A stretch of DNA of 64,000 nucleotides from Chthonomonadia bacterium (GCA_013314755.1 JABUFA010000021.1:251-64250); one strand, 5' to 3'. Shown: positions 30,160-40,539, counted from the first letter of the stretch. The notes: generated by a model not told the origin, from the sequence alone. Translations and numbers: made by a program.

Positions 30160-31314
30160 ATGGTCACGATAGACCAGCTCATGGACCTGGCGTACGAGAA
30201 GGACGCCTCCGATATCCACCTCATCGCAGGGGAACGTCCCGTACTGCGCATCTACGGAAGGCTGTACCGCCTGCAGCAGTTTGAGGTGCTGACCCCCGCG
30301 GATACCGAGCGTTTGGTGCGCTCCATCTGTCCCGACCGCAACTGGGAGGAACTGCAAACCGACCGCAGCACCGACTTTGGTGTCTCGCACCAGAACAAGG
30401 CGCGCTTCCGTGTGGCGGCGTACTGGCAGAAGAACACCCTGGCGATGAACCTGCGTCTGATCCCCTACAAGATGCTTTCCTTTGAGGAACTGGGGTTAGG
30501 GCGCGAGGTGATTGACCTGCTGTATGAGCCGCGTGGACTGATACTCATCACGGGACCGACAGGCTCTGGTAAAACCACCACGCTGGCAACCATGATCGAC
30601 TGGATTAATACCCATCGTGATTGCCACATCATCACCATTGAGGACCCAATTGAGTACTACCACTCGCCGAAGAAGTCTATCATCTCCCAGCGAGAGGTAG
30701 GCGTGGACGTGCCTACCTTTGCAGACGGCGTGGTACGCGCCCTGCGCGAAGACCCGGACGTCATCCTGGTGGGCGAAATGCGCGACCTGCGCACCATTCA
30801 GGCGGCAATCACCGCAGCCGAAACCGGACACCTGGTCTTCTCCACCCTGCACACCACCGGCGCGGCGAAAACGGTGGACCGCATTACCGACGTCTTCCCG
30901 CTGGACCAGCAGGAGCAAATCCGCGTGCAGCTGTCCACCAACCTGGTGGCGGTCATCTCCCAGCAACTGCTACCACGCATCGACCGACCCGGGCGCGTGG
31001 CAGCGTTTGAAGTGATGATTTGCACGCCTGCCATCCAGCACATGATTCGCGACCACAAGACCTACAGCATCTACTCCGCCATCCAGACGGGCCAGCAATG
31101 GGGCATGTGCACGCTGGACTCGTTCCTGCTATCGCTGTACCGCAAGGGCATTATTGACAAGGACGAGATGATGCGCATTGCCGACCGCCCGGAGGAGATT
31201 GCGGAGAAGCTGGGCGAGACGGAGGTGCACCGCGCGGCGGACGTTCATGCCACCACGATACAGACCACCGCGCAGGCGGTGCAGGCGCCGCATCATCCAA
31301 CAAAAGGCGGTTAG
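30160..31314 (+). CDS. pilT: type IV pilus retraction ATPase PilT/PilU
   Basis: ASDIHL, GPTGSGKTT, TIEDPIE, LREDPDVILVGEMRD, AETGHLVFSTLHT. Start moved to ATG 30160. Confidence 0.92.
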   Translation: MVTIDQLMDLAYEKDASDIHLIAGERPVLRIYGRLYRLQQFEVLTPADTERLVRSICPDRNWEELQTDRSTDFGVSHQNKARFRVAAYWQKNTLAMNLRLIPYKMLSFEELGLGREVIDLLYEPRGLILITGPTGSGKTTTLATMIDWINTHRDCHIITIEDPIEYYHSPKKSIISQREVGVDVPTFADGVVRALREDPDVILVGEMRDLRTIQAAITAAETGHLVFSTLHTTGAAKTVDRITDVFPLDQQEQIRVQLSTNLVAVISQQLLPRIDRPGRVAAFEVMICTPAIQHMIRDHKTYSIYSAIQTGQQWGMCTLDSFLLSLYRKGIIDKDEMMRIADRPEEIAEKLGETEVHRAADVHATTIQTTAQAVQAPHHPTKGG

Positions 31315-31320
31315 GCTATC

Positions 31321-31348
31321 TGTGCCCGCCCGCGCGTGGGCGGGCACA
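31321..31348. terminator. GC-rich hairpin after pilT
   Basis: TGTGCCCGCCC-6 nt-GGGCGGGCACA, 11-bp stem, no U-tract. Confidence 0.5.
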
Positions 31349-31382
31349 CCCCCGCATATCTGCTGGAAAAACGCTCTAAGAC

Positions 31383-31411
31383 TTGACAACTCTTGCACCG
31401 ATAACTAAGAT
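31383..31411 (+). promoter_or_regulatory. sigma70-type promoter upstream of the prkA operon
   Basis: TTGACA-17 bp-TAAGAT; a second TATAAT at 31427-31432. Confidence 0.6.
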
Positions 31412-31549
31412 AGGATAAAAAGCAGGTATAATCCTTATACCTACGCGGGTGGCTGCAGATTCTTCACATCTCCGCAAGGGAACTTTCGCGGGTAGCTTGC
31501 AGTCAATCTAAACAAGCATTGTGCAACGAAAGGTTGTTGGAGACGAAAA

Positions 31550-31663
31550 TTGAGCGACCTCGGTGATAAAACCATCGAGCCAGTTGACCTTACCCGTGCT
31601 GCAGAAAGCACCTCTGCAGGCGCTACGGGCATTGTGAAGGAGGCGACGCCTTCGGACGGTTGA
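31550..31663 (+). CDS. possible 37-aa small ORF (MSDLGDKTIEPVDLTRAAESTSAGATGIVKEATPSDG)
   Basis: TTG start with GGAG a few nt upstream; not in the supplied ORF track; lies in a structured leader. Confidence 0.3.
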   Translation: MSDLGDKTIEPVDLTRAAESTSAGATGIVKEATPSDG

Positions 31664-31766
31664 CCTCTTTTTCGCCCGTGTGCTCGTGCGCCTCGTGTGT
31701 GCGTTCTGCAGCGCGAGGCGCATTGCTTTTACTGGCAATCCACAGCAGGAAGGAGACGGGCGAAAG

Positions 31767-33695
31767 ATGAAACCATCCGAGTTTCTCAGACAGGCGGAGG
31801 AGCTCCGCCAGAGCGAGCAGTCTCTGCGCTGGGAAGGCACTTTTGCCGACTACCTGGAGATTGTCACCAAAAACCCCCAGGTGGCAGACCTTGCGCACGC
31901 CCGCGTGTACGACATGATCCTGTCCGCCGGCGTGGACGAACCCGAAGGCGCACCCAAACAGTACCGCTTCTTCCGTAGCGAAATCTTCGGGCTGGACAAA
32001 ACCCTCCAGCAAATCGTGGAGGAGTATTTTGCCCCGGCGGCGCGACGACTCGACGTGCGCAAGCGAATCCTGATGCTGGTCGGTCCGGTAGGCGGTGGCA
32101 AATCCACCCTCGTGACCATGCTCAAGCGGGGACTGGAGCGCTACTCCCGTACCGAGCAGGGCGCGGTGTACGCCATCAAAGGCTGTCCCATGCACGAGGA
32201 GCCATTGCACCTCATCCCGGAAGACCTGCGCCTGGATTTCCGACGCCAGTTCGGCATCTATATCGAAGGCGACCTGTGCCCCGTGTGCCGGTGGCGACTG
32301 AAAGAGGAGTTCAACGGTAAAATCGACCAGGTGCCGGTGGAGCGTATCTTCTTCTCGGAGCGCAACCGCATCGGCATCGGCACCTTCAAGCCGTCCGACC
32401 CCAAATCGCAGGACGTCTCGGAGCTGACGGGCAGTGTGAACCTGCAGATGCTGACCGAAATCGGCGTGGAGAGCGACCCGCGCGTGTACAACTTTGACGG
32501 GGAACTCAACATCGCCAACCGCGGTATCATGGAATTCATCGAGATGCTGAAGGCGGACAAGCGGTTCCTGTATGAACTCAACACCGTAGCGGGCGAACAG
32601 ATGATTAAAGCCTCGCGCTTTGCACTCATCTACTGCGACCTGGTTGTCGTTGCTCACACGAATGAGTATGAATACAACGCCTACTTCTCCAACAAAGAGA
32701 ATGAGGCAATGATTGACCGCATCTTCGTGGTGAAAGTGCCATACAACCTGCGCGTCAGCGACGAAGTACGCATCTACGAAAAGCTCATTGCCCAGAGCGA
32801 GGTGCAGGAAGACGGGGTGGACCTCAAGAAGGTGCATATCGCGCCGCACGCCCTGCGCGTTGCCAGCATGTTTGCCGTGCTCAGTCGCCTGAAGCCGTCC
32901 AAAAAGAGCGGTCTGAGCCTGATGACCAAGATGAAGCTGTACGACGGCGAGAAGCAGGTGGGCGACTGGGACCAGCGGCACCTGAAGGAGCTGCAGGAAG
33001 AGTATCCCGACGAGGGCATGCAGGGCGTGTCGCCGCGCTTTATCATCAACCGCATCTCCAGCGCGATTGCTCGCAGCGGCAAATCCTGCATCACGCCGAT
33101 CGACGTCCTGCGCAGTCTGCGCGACGGTCTCGCCGAATACACGAGCAACGAAGAGGAGAAGCGCAAACTGCTGGGGCTGATCGACGAGGTGCGCAAGGAG
33201 TACGACGAGATCGCCAAAAAGGAGGTTCAGCGGGCGTTCGTCTTCTCGTATGAAAAGGCGGCGCAGACCCTGCTGGACAACTACCTGGACAACGTGGACG
33301 CCTACTGCAACCGCACGAAGGTGAAAGACCCCATCACCGGCGAGGATGTGGAACCCGACGAGCGACTGATGCGCTCCATCGAGGAGCAAATCGGCATCTC
33401 CGAAAACGCCAAGCGCGAGTTCCGGGAGGGCATCCTGCGCTCAGTCGCTTCGCTGGCGCGGCGCAACGTGCGATTCGACATCAACAGCGATGAGCGGCTC
33501 AAGGAAGCCATCGAGCGCAAGCTGTTCGCCGACCTGAAGGACGTGGTGAAGATTACCACCTCCGTCACCACACCCAACGAGGAGCAGCTGAAGAAGATGA
33601 ATGAGGTGGTAGACCGCCTGTGCAACGAACACGGCTACTGCCCCGTGTGCGCCAGCGAGGTCATGCGGTACGTAGGCACGCTGCTGAACCGGTAA
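31767..33695 (+). CDS. prkA: PrkA/YeaG AAA+ serine protein kinase
   Basis: GPVGGGKS, GCPMHEEPL, DGELNIANRGIMEFIEMLK, GMQGVSPR. Start moved to ATG 31767. Confidence 0.95.
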   Translation: MKPSEFLRQAEELRQSEQSLRWEGTFADYLEIVTKNPQVADLAHARVYDMILSAGVDEPEGAPKQYRFFRSEIFGLDKTLQQIVEEYFAPAARRLDVRKRILMLVGPVGGGKSTLVTMLKRGLERYSRTEQGAVYAIKGCPMHEEPLHLIPEDLRLDFRRQFGIYIEGDLCPVCRWRLKEEFNGKIDQVPVERIFFSERNRIGIGTFKPSDPKSQDVSELTGSVNLQMLTEIGVESDPRVYNFDGELNIANRGIMEFIEMLKADKRFLYELNTVAGEQMIKASRFALIYCDLVVVAHTNEYEYNAYFSNKENEAMIDRIFVVKVPYNLRVSDEVRIYEKLIAQSEVQEDGVDLKKVHIAPHALRVASMFAVLSRLKPSKKSGLSLMTKMKLYDGEKQVGDWDQRHLKELQEEYPDEGMQGVSPRFIINRISSAIARSGKSCITPIDVLRSLRDGLAEYTSNEEEKRKLLGLIDEVRKEYDEIAKKEVQRAFVFSYEKAAQTLLDNYLDNVDAYCNRTKVKDPITGEDVEPDERLMRSIEEQIGISENAKREFREGILRSVASLARRNVRFDINSDERLKEAIERKLFADLKDVVKITTSVTTPNEEQLKKMNEVVDRLCNEHGYCPVCASEVMRYVGTLLNR

Positions 33696-33708
33696 CACCG
33701 AAAACCTC

Positions 33709-33737
33709 CCCCTCTCCCGGCGCGCCCGGGGGAGGGG
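33709..33737. repeat. CCCCTCTCCC...GGGAGAGGGG-type palindrome
   Basis: CCCCTCTCCCGG-CGCGC-CCGGGGGAGGGG inside the prkA operon; related copies at 44725-44779. Confidence 0.55.
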
Positions 33738-33759
33738 CGAGAACGCGAGGTGAACGACG

Positions 33760-34926
33760 ATGTGGCATCATCCACCGTTTATCCTGTCACAGGACCCCTG
33801 GGACCTGCACCACCGGGCGGAGCGCGACCGCCAGCGACATAACGAGAAGGTCAAAGAGGTCATTAAACAGAACCTGGGCGATATTATCAGCCATCAGGAC
33901 ATCATCACCGCGCACGATGGTAAGATTGTCAAAATCCCCATCCGCGGGCTGGAGCTGCCGCGAATCCGCTTTGACCCCAATCAGGGCAAGCGCGTGGGGC
34001 AGGGACCGGGCGGCTCACAACCGGGCGACATCATCGGGCGACAGCCGGGCGAAGGAGAAGGTGCAGGCAAACAGGCAGGAACCGAACCCGGCGTGGACTT
34101 CTACGAGGCAGAGTTCACCATTGAAGAGCTGATGGAGCTGGTGTTTGAAGACCTGCACCTGCCAAACCTGCAGGAGAAAGGCAGTAAACAGGTGATGGCA
34201 GACACCACGCAGTTCAACACCATCGCCCGCAAGGGACCGCTGTCAAACATTGACCGCAAGCGCACGCTGATTGAAGCATACAAGCGCAGTGCCAAAGCGG
34301 GCAAGCCCGAGTTCAAGATTCAGGCAGACGACAGACGGTTCCGCTCCTGGGAGGTGGTGCCGGAACCCCAGCGCAACGCGGTCATCTTCGCCATGCGCGA
34401 CGTATCGGGCAGTATGGGCGAGTTCGAGGCATACATCTGCCGCTCGTTCTACTTCTGGATGCTCCGTTTCCTGCGCACCAAATACACCAACACCGAGATT
34501 GTGTTCATCACATGCCACACGATAGCCAAAGAGGTGGACGAACAAGAGTTCTTCGCAGCGGGCGATTCGGGCGGAACCAAACTTTCGGAGGCATACAAGC
34601 TCGCGCTGGACATCATCGAGAAACGCTACAACCCGCGCGAGTGGAACATCTATCCCTTCCTCTTCTCGGACGGCTACAACTGGGGCGACCATGAGGTGGT
34701 GCAGCTGGTGGAGCGAATGGCGTCCATCAGCAACCTGATTGGCTACGGCGAAATCGCGGATGAGCTGTGGGGACACACCGACGCCTTTGCGCCGCTGGGA
34801 CAGGCACTGTATGAACGGTTCGCCACCGACCCGCGCGTGGTGCTGGTGCGCATCACCAGCAAAGAGGACGTCTGGCCCGCGCTGAAACGGTTCTTCAGCA
34901 AACACCCGGAGGTCGAGCAGCTATGA
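33760..34926 (+). CDS. yeaH: YeaH/YhbH (DUF444) protein
   Basis: RDRQRHNEKVKEVIK, Gly-rich linker, vWA-like FAMRDVSGSM, SGGTKLS, FLFSDGYNW. Confidence 0.92.
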   Translation: MWHHPPFILSQDPWDLHHRAERDRQRHNEKVKEVIKQNLGDIISHQDIITAHDGKIVKIPIRGLELPRIRFDPNQGKRVGQGPGGSQPGDIIGRQPGEGEGAGKQAGTEPGVDFYEAEFTIEELMELVFEDLHLPNLQEKGSKQVMADTTQFNTIARKGPLSNIDRKRTLIEAYKRSAKAGKPEFKIQADDRRFRSWEVVPEPQRNAVIFAMRDVSGSMGEFEAYICRSFYFWMLRFLRTKYTNTEIVFITCHTIAKEVDEQEFFAAGDSGGTKLSEAYKLALDIIEKRYNPREWNIYPFLFSDGYNWGDHEVVQLVERMASISNLIGYGEIADELWGHTDAFAPLGQALYERFATDPRVVLVRITSKEDVWPALKRFFSKHPEVEQL

Positions 34927-36368
34927 CCGCACAGGAACGCGCTGATCTGGAAAAGTTTATCGAGCAGGCTTGGGAAACGGCCATCGGCATGGGGCTGGAG
35001 CCTTTCCCCGTGCACTTTGAACTCGTGCCCGCGCACGTCATCTATGAAATCGGCTCGTACGGACTGCCGGCACGGTTCTCGCACTGGACGTTCGGGCGCG
35101 ACTACCACCGCCAGAAGACGATGTACGAATACAACGTCGCGCGCATTTATGAGCTGGTCATCAACACCGACCCGGCGCAGGCGTTCTTGCTGGAGAACAA
35201 CTCGCTACTCGCCAACAAGATGGTGGCGGCGCACGTGATAGGGCACTCGGACTTCTTCAGGAATAATACCTACTTCGCCCACACCGACCGGCGCATGGTG
35301 GAACGCGCCCGCCTCCATGCCGACCGCATCCGCCAGTATGAGATGGAGTACGGTCCCCAGCGCGTCGAGCAGTTTCTGGATGCGGTGTTAAGCATCGAGG
35401 AGCACATCGACCCCGTGGAACCGACCTACCGACGCCCCCAGCCGGAGGAGTACCGGCACCAGAAACCGACGCTGGTGCGCCCGACCAGCGAGTTCGACGA
35501 CCTGCTGGGGCGCGTAGAGACTCCCGAGCCGCCCTCCACTCGGCGCATTCCGCCGGAGCCTGAAAAAGACCTCCTGCTTTTCCTCCGCGATTACGCCCGC
35601 GACCTGGAAGACTGGCAGAGGGACATTATCGGCATGGTGCGCGAGGAGATGCTGTACTTCCTGCCCCAGATTCGCACCAAAATCATGAACGAAGGCTGGG
35701 CATCCTTAGTGCATGAGCGCATTCTGGAGTCTCTGCCGCTGACGCCTGCCGAGCATCTGGAGTTCCGCCGGATGCATTCGAGCGTGCTGGCGCCTGGCTC
35801 GCGCATGAGCATCAACCCCTACTACGTGGGCTACCAGATACTGCGTGACATCGAGCGCCGCTGGAACGGCGAGCCACCCGAAGAGGACGAACAGCCCGAA
35901 ACCGACTGGCTACAGCGTCCCAAACCGCGCCCCGAAGGTGAAGGCTGGCGCAAACTGCTGGAGGTGCGCGAGATGGAGTGCGACGTCACCTTCCTGCGCA
36001 AATACCTCACCGAAGGGCTGGTGAAACGCCTGGACCTCTACACCTACAAACTGGAAGAGGTGAACGGCGAGCTGGTGTGGCGCATTCAGGAGACCGACTG
36101 GGAGAAGGTGCGCGACGCCCTGCTGGACTCCATGACCAACTTCGGCGTGCCGGTGGTTACCGTAGAAGATGGCGACTACGACCGGCGAGGCGAACTGTAC
36201 CTGAAGCACCACTACGACGGCAAACCGTTGGATATTGAATACACCACGCGCACACTGAAAAACATCTACACCATCTGGGGGCGACCGGTGCACCTGGAGA
36301 CGGTGGCAGACGGCACGCGCCTTATCTTTACCTGCGACGGACAGCAGGTCAAACAGCGAAAGGGGTAG
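34923..36368 (+). CDS. spoVR: SpoVR family protein
   Basis: GLPARFSHWTFG, IYELVIN, AHVIGHSDFF, TKIMNEGWAS, NPYYVG. Confidence 0.94.
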   Translation: MTAQERADLEKFIEQAWETAIGMGLEPFPVHFELVPAHVIYEIGSYGLPARFSHWTFGRDYHRQKTMYEYNVARIYELVINTDPAQAFLLENNSLLANKMVAAHVIGHSDFFRNNTYFAHTDRRMVERARLHADRIRQYEMEYGPQRVEQFLDAVLSIEEHIDPVEPTYRRPQPEEYRHQKPTLVRPTSEFDDLLGRVETPEPPSTRRIPPEPEKDLLLFLRDYARDLEDWQRDIIGMVREEMLYFLPQIRTKIMNEGWASLVHERILESLPLTPAEHLEFRRMHSSVLAPGSRMSINPYYVGYQILRDIERRWNGEPPEEDEQPETDWLQRPKPRPEGEGWRKLLEVREMECDVTFLRKYLTEGLVKRLDLYTYKLEEVNGELVWRIQETDWEKVRDALLDSMTNFGVPVVTVEDGDYDRRGELYLKHHYDGKPLDIEYTTRTLKNIYTIWGRPVHLETVADGTRLIFTCDGQQVKQRKG

Positions 36369-36381
36369 ACGGAAACCGCGT

Positions 36382-38238
36382 TCAGAACATCGGCTTCAGT
36401 TCCAGCACGGTTTCCCAGACCCGGCTTCCCCTGCGCAGGCGCACCCGCAGGCAAGAACCCTCTTCGCCCGCCAGCCACTTCTGCACCTCCGCGGGGGCGA
36501 CCCCTTTCGTTGGGCGACCGTTCACCGCCAGCACCTCGTCGCCGCGCTGGATGCCCTGTGACCATGCGGAAGAGAGGGGCGTTACCCCTGCTACCTTCGC
36601 CTCTTCTGCCGTCAGGTCCAGCACGATGCCGGTGCTGGCAGGATCGCCCATAGAGGCGGGCTTGGGCATCCGCTGAAGCACCACCCGCCGCATCGGATAG
36701 TCAATCGTCAGGCGGAAGTGACGCAGGATATTGTTGCCCAGCAAACCGAACCCCGCTTCAGAGAGTATCTGCACCGGCACGCCCTTTGGCGCAGGCGAGG
36801 CGAACATCAGCACCGCGTCGGTGATGGTCTCTTCAGCAAGGCGTACCGTGCTGGCACGCGCCGAGCGGGGAACAGTGCCCGCACCTCCCACGCCCAGCGT
36901 CAGCCCCAACGATGCCGAGCGCGGCGGCTTCCATTGCTGTGCCAGATGTGCGGGAAGGATGGTCATCGCCGCACCGGTGTCCAAAAGCATCGGCACCTTG
37001 CCGATGTCTTCCACCTCCATCTCCAGCAGGGGCGTTGCGCCCGGAAATTGCGCTTTGATCACCCTGCCGGGCGGCAGCCTCCCTCCCGACCGCTCCAACC
37101 TCAGCGTGCCCGAATGGTAATCCAGCATGATGCGGAAGGGCGAAAGCGCGTTGAAACCCAGTATCCCTCCAAACCGCTCGCCGCCCACCAGGCGTATCAG
37201 CCCAAGGTCGGTCACCGCCACCTGCAGGTTGCGCAGTTTCACTCTGCCCAGCTCCAGGCTTGCCAGGCGGGTCACACTCGCCGCGCCCTGTCCGCTGGCG
37301 CCCAGCACGTTCAGGCTCTCGCCGGGCGGAAGATTCAGAGCCTGCGCCACAGGCGCATCAATGACCGTTATCGCCGCGCCGGTGTCCAACAGCATCGTAT
37401 ACTCGCGCCCGTTCAGCCGGGCGTTCACCAGCGCCAGACGCTGGAACATCTGCACGGGAAGCGTCACGGGCAGACCGGCAGGCGGTCGCACAACCGCAGG
37501 CTGGCGGAGCAGGGCACGAAGCGCCGTCTGAGAAAGCCGTTCTATCTTTTCCCAGCGAACCGTCTGCGTGTGGCGGTCGTCTTCGTATACCTTCACCTCT
37601 GTCGGCGTGCGGAGGTTTCCCACCTGCTTCCACTCCGAGGGCAAGACGATAAATCGCGTGGGGCGACGGCGGAAGGAATCGCTCTCATGATAGCCCCATG
37701 CCAGCAGACCGCCCTCCGCATCCAGATAGATGTCCCAGGGCTGTCCATGATGGGGCACAACCTTCAGCCAGCGTGCCGTGCGTCCATCGGGCAGCTCCAT
37801 CGAGCCGTAATCTATCACGCCCATGTCGCCGTACGCGCCACCGAGCAGAATCGCACGTAGCCCCTCCACCGAGAACCGGGCAAACTGCATCGCCTCCGCG
37901 CTCTCAATGGGCAGTACCGCACCATGCTGTGTGCGCCAGCCCCTGCCGGTAAGGGCGTCGTACGCGCTTTCGGTGTGGATTCCCCCCACGCGCAACTGCA
38001 GGTGGAAGCTGGAGCCGTTCTCCGTCAGCACCACCGAGCCTGAATTGGTTTGGGGGTACAGCACCTGTATCCTGCCCTCGGCGCGCCATACGGCGGGGCG
38101 AAACGCTTCCCGCTCCGTGCCGACTATCTGGGGAAGAGCGTTCCGCAGGAGATCGCGCGGCGACTGCGCAGGGGCAGGTATCGTTCCTACCACCCACAGG
38201 AAGACTGCCGTGCACAGAAAACTCCACCTTTTGCTCAT
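36382..38238 (-). CDS. secreted aspartyl protease (two retropepsin-like domains) with C-terminal PDZ
   Basis: Signal peptide, two LLDTGA motifs, GILG/GLLG, GDEVLAVNG PDZ motif. Start moved to ATG 38238. Confidence 0.85.
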   Translation of the reverse strand: MSKRWSFLCTAVFLWVVGTIPAPAQSPRDLLRNALPQIVGTEREAFRPAVWRAEGRIQVLYPQTNSGSVVLTENGSSFHLQLRVGGIHTESAYDALTGRGWRTQHGAVLPIESAEAMQFARFSVEGLRAILLGGAYGDMGVIDYGSMELPDGRTARWLKVVPHHGQPWDIYLDAEGGLLAWGYHESDSFRRRPTRFIVLPSEWKQVGNLRTPTEVKVYEDDRHTQTVRWEKIERLSQTALRALLRQPAVVRPPAGLPVTLPVQMFQRLALVNARLNGREYTMLLDTGAAITVIDAPVAQALNLPPGESLNVLGASGQGAASVTRLASLELGRVKLRNLQVAVTDLGLIRLVGGERFGGILGFNALSPFRIMLDYHSGTLRLERSGGRLPPGRVIKAQFPGATPLLEMEVEDIGKVPMLLDTGAAMTILPAHLAQQWKPPRSASLGLTLGVGGAGTVPRSARASTVRLAEETITDAVLMFASPAPKGVPVQILSEAGFGLLGNNILRHFRLTIDYPMRRVVLQRMPKPASMGDPASTGIVLDLTAEEAKVAGVTPLSSAWSQGIQRGDEVLAVNGRPTKGVAPAEVQKWLAGEEGSCLRVRLRRGSRVWETVLELKPMF

Positions 38239-39326
38239 GAGCGGTTCCCTGCCGTTTGCAGTTTCAGCTGTCCACACGCCGCGGAGATGTCGTGCCCTTT
38301 CTCCACGCGCTGGGTGACCGTAATGCCTGCCCGCTCCAGCTCCGCGCGGAAGCGAGTCACTCGCTGGGGTTCGGGGCGGGTGAAGCCGTCGGGGGTGTCT
38401 ACCTGATTGAACGGTATCAGGTTCACGTTGCACACCATCCCCTTCAGCAGTTTCGCCAGAGCGCGGGCATGATGCGGCTCGTCGTTCACACCGCGAAGCA
38501 GGAGGTATTCAAAGGTCACCTTGCGACCCGTGACCTCTGTATAGTGTCGCGCCGCCTCAATCAGTTCCTGCACCTTCCACTTGCGCCCCACAGGCATCAG
38601 GCGCGCGCGCAGGTCATCGTCAGGTGCATGCAGGGAGATGGCAAGTGTAATCTGCAGGCGATGCTGTGCCAGTTCATAGATAGCCGGCACCACGCCCACG
38701 GTGGAGACGGTGATATGCCGCTGGGAGATGCCCACCTCTTTGTTGAGCAGAAGGATGCTTTTCACCACCTCCTGCAGGTTCCATAACGGCTCGCCCATGC
38801 CCATGTACACCACGTGGCTGATGCGCCTGCCCGCCATCTGCCCGATGGTCAGCACCTCATCCACCATCTCGCCGGCGGTGAGGCTTCGTGAGAAGCCCAT
38901 CTGCGCGGTCGCGCAGAACCGACATCCTGCCGCACAACCCACCTGCGAGGAGATGCATACCGAGGTTCGGTCGTCGTACGGCAGGAAGACCGCTTCCACC
39001 TGTTCGCCGTCCGCTAAGGCGAAAAGGTATTTGACCGTCCCATCCGCCGACTGCTGAGCACGCACGACCTGCAGACGACGCAAAGGAAGCCTTTCCGCCA
39101 GGCTCTGGCGCAGGGCGAGAGGCAGGTTGGTCATCTGCGCGTAATCGCCGACCGCATGGCGATAGACCCACTGGGCTATCTGCTCTGCCCGGTAGGCGGG
39201 CTGACCCAGCTCGCGCACCACCTGCAGAATCTCCTCTCTTGTCGCTCCCGGCAGGACGATGCTGTCCACCCCAGATTTATACTCCGGTATCATTTGCCCA
39301 TCCAGAATTATACTTTTCGGCTCCAA
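38235..39326 (-). CDS. rlmN: 23S rRNA/tRNA m2A methyltransferase (radical SAM)
   Basis: CISSQVGCAAGCRFC, MGMGEPL, ISLHAP, EYLLLRGVND, AACGQL. Confidence 0.95.
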   Translation of the reverse strand: MEPKSIILDGQMIPEYKSGVDSIVLPGATREEILQVVRELGQPAYRAEQIAQWVYRHAVGDYAQMTNLPLALRQSLAERLPLRRLQVVRAQQSADGTVKYLFALADGEQVEAVFLPYDDRTSVCISSQVGCAAGCRFCATAQMGFSRSLTAGEMVDEVLTIGQMAGRRISHVVYMGMGEPLWNLQEVVKSILLLNKEVGISQRHITVSTVGVVPAIYELAQHRLQITLAISLHAPDDDLRARLMPVGRKWKVQELIEAARHYTEVTGRKVTFEYLLLRGVNDEPHHARALAKLLKGMVCNVNLIPFNQVDTPDGFTRPEPQRVTRFRAELERAGITVTQRVEKGHDISAACGQLKLQTAGNRS

Positions 39327-39335
39327 AGTATAATT

Positions 39336-40520
39336 TTACTCCGGCGCATCCTGTGTCAGTACATCCAGTATCCGCCGCGCGATGAAACGCTTCCCGTATC
39401 GCCGGCTGTCGAGAGGCTCCAGCGCACCGATTGCCATCATCCTGCCGATGGCAGATTGCGCACTGCGGTAGGTAACGCCTAGATATTGCTGTGCCTGCGG
39501 TATGGTCAGGATAGGCGACTCGAACAGCAGGTCGATGAGACGAATCTGCAGCGCAGATGCACGAGCCTGCTGTAAGGCATTCCGCCACTCCTCCCGCAAA
39601 TCCTGCAGCTTCCGGGCACGAGAAACCGCATCGCGTGCCTGTTCGGTAACGCCGCGCAGGAAGAAGTAAACCCAGGCGTACCACTCGCCGTGCGTGCTGA
39701 CTCTCAGCAGACGCTCGTAATACTCCTGCCGATGCTTCTCGAAGAACGCGCTGAGGTAAAGCAGAGGCGTTGGCAGAAGGTTCCAGTGCACCATGAGCAG
39801 GGTGATGAGCAGACGTCCGACTCGCCCGTTGCCGTCCAGAAACGGATGAATGGCTTCAAACTGGTAGTGAATAAGAGCCAGTCTTACCAGCGGAGGATAT
39901 TCGTCCGGTTCGTGGATATACTTTTCCAGCGCGTCAAGAGCCTGATGCATCTGGTCAACAGGAGGCGGAACAAACACTGCTTCGTTCAGGGTACATCCCG
40001 GTGGACCAATCCAGTTCTGACTGCGCCGAAACTCTCCGGGGGTGGCATGTTCACCACGAACGCCGTGCATCAGCTTTTCGTGCAGTTCACGTATCAGGCG
40101 CAGACTGACAGGTAGGGTGTTGACTCGCTCCAGCCCGTATTCCAGAGCAAGAACGTAATTATGCACCTCGCGCACGTCGGAGGGTATATCCGCATCTCGC
40201 AGAGAGGGCAAAACCAGCTGCCCCGCTTCATAGGCGTAAAGGTCTGCGAGGTCCGCCTGAGTACCCTCAATGCGCGAGGAGAGCACCGCCTCGCGGCGCA
40301 TGAAGGGTTTTATCAGCAGGTGGGGATTGGGTAGAGCGCGTGCCAGTCCCGCCAGCTCTCCAATCGCCCGGTCGGCTTCGGAGAGGTGGTGCAGTCCTGT
40401 ACGGTCAAAGGTCAGTTGCGGCGGCAGAGGAGGTGGCACGAACGCCCAGTAAGCAATATCTCCTGAGCCGACGCGGAGCAGAAATCTCTGCCTGTCCGGT
40501 GCGAAATCGTGAGGCTTCAT
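39336..40520 (-). CDS. Fic-family protein with N-terminal inhibitory motif and C-terminal HTH
   Basis: HPFLDGNGRVGR catalytic motif, SSRIEG inhibitory motif. Start moved to ATG 40520. Confidence 0.92.
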   Translation of the reverse strand: MKPHDFAPDRQRFLLRVGSGDIAYWAFVPPPLPPQLTFDRTGLHHLSEADRAIGELAGLARALPNPHLLIKPFMRREAVLSSRIEGTQADLADLYAYEAGQLVLPSLRDADIPSDVREVHNYVLALEYGLERVNTLPVSLRLIRELHEKLMHGVRGEHATPGEFRRSQNWIGPPGCTLNEAVFVPPPVDQMHQALDALEKYIHEPDEYPPLVRLALIHYQFEAIHPFLDGNGRVGRLLITLLMVHWNLLPTPLLYLSAFFEKHRQEYYERLLRVSTHGEWYAWVYFFLRGVTEQARDAVSRARKLQDLREEWRNALQQARASALQIRLIDLLFESPILTIPQAQQYLGVTYRSAQSAIGRMMAIGALEPLDSRRYGKRFIARRILDVLTQDAPE

Positions 40521-40539
40521 GATGCCCAGCCGGCTGGCG

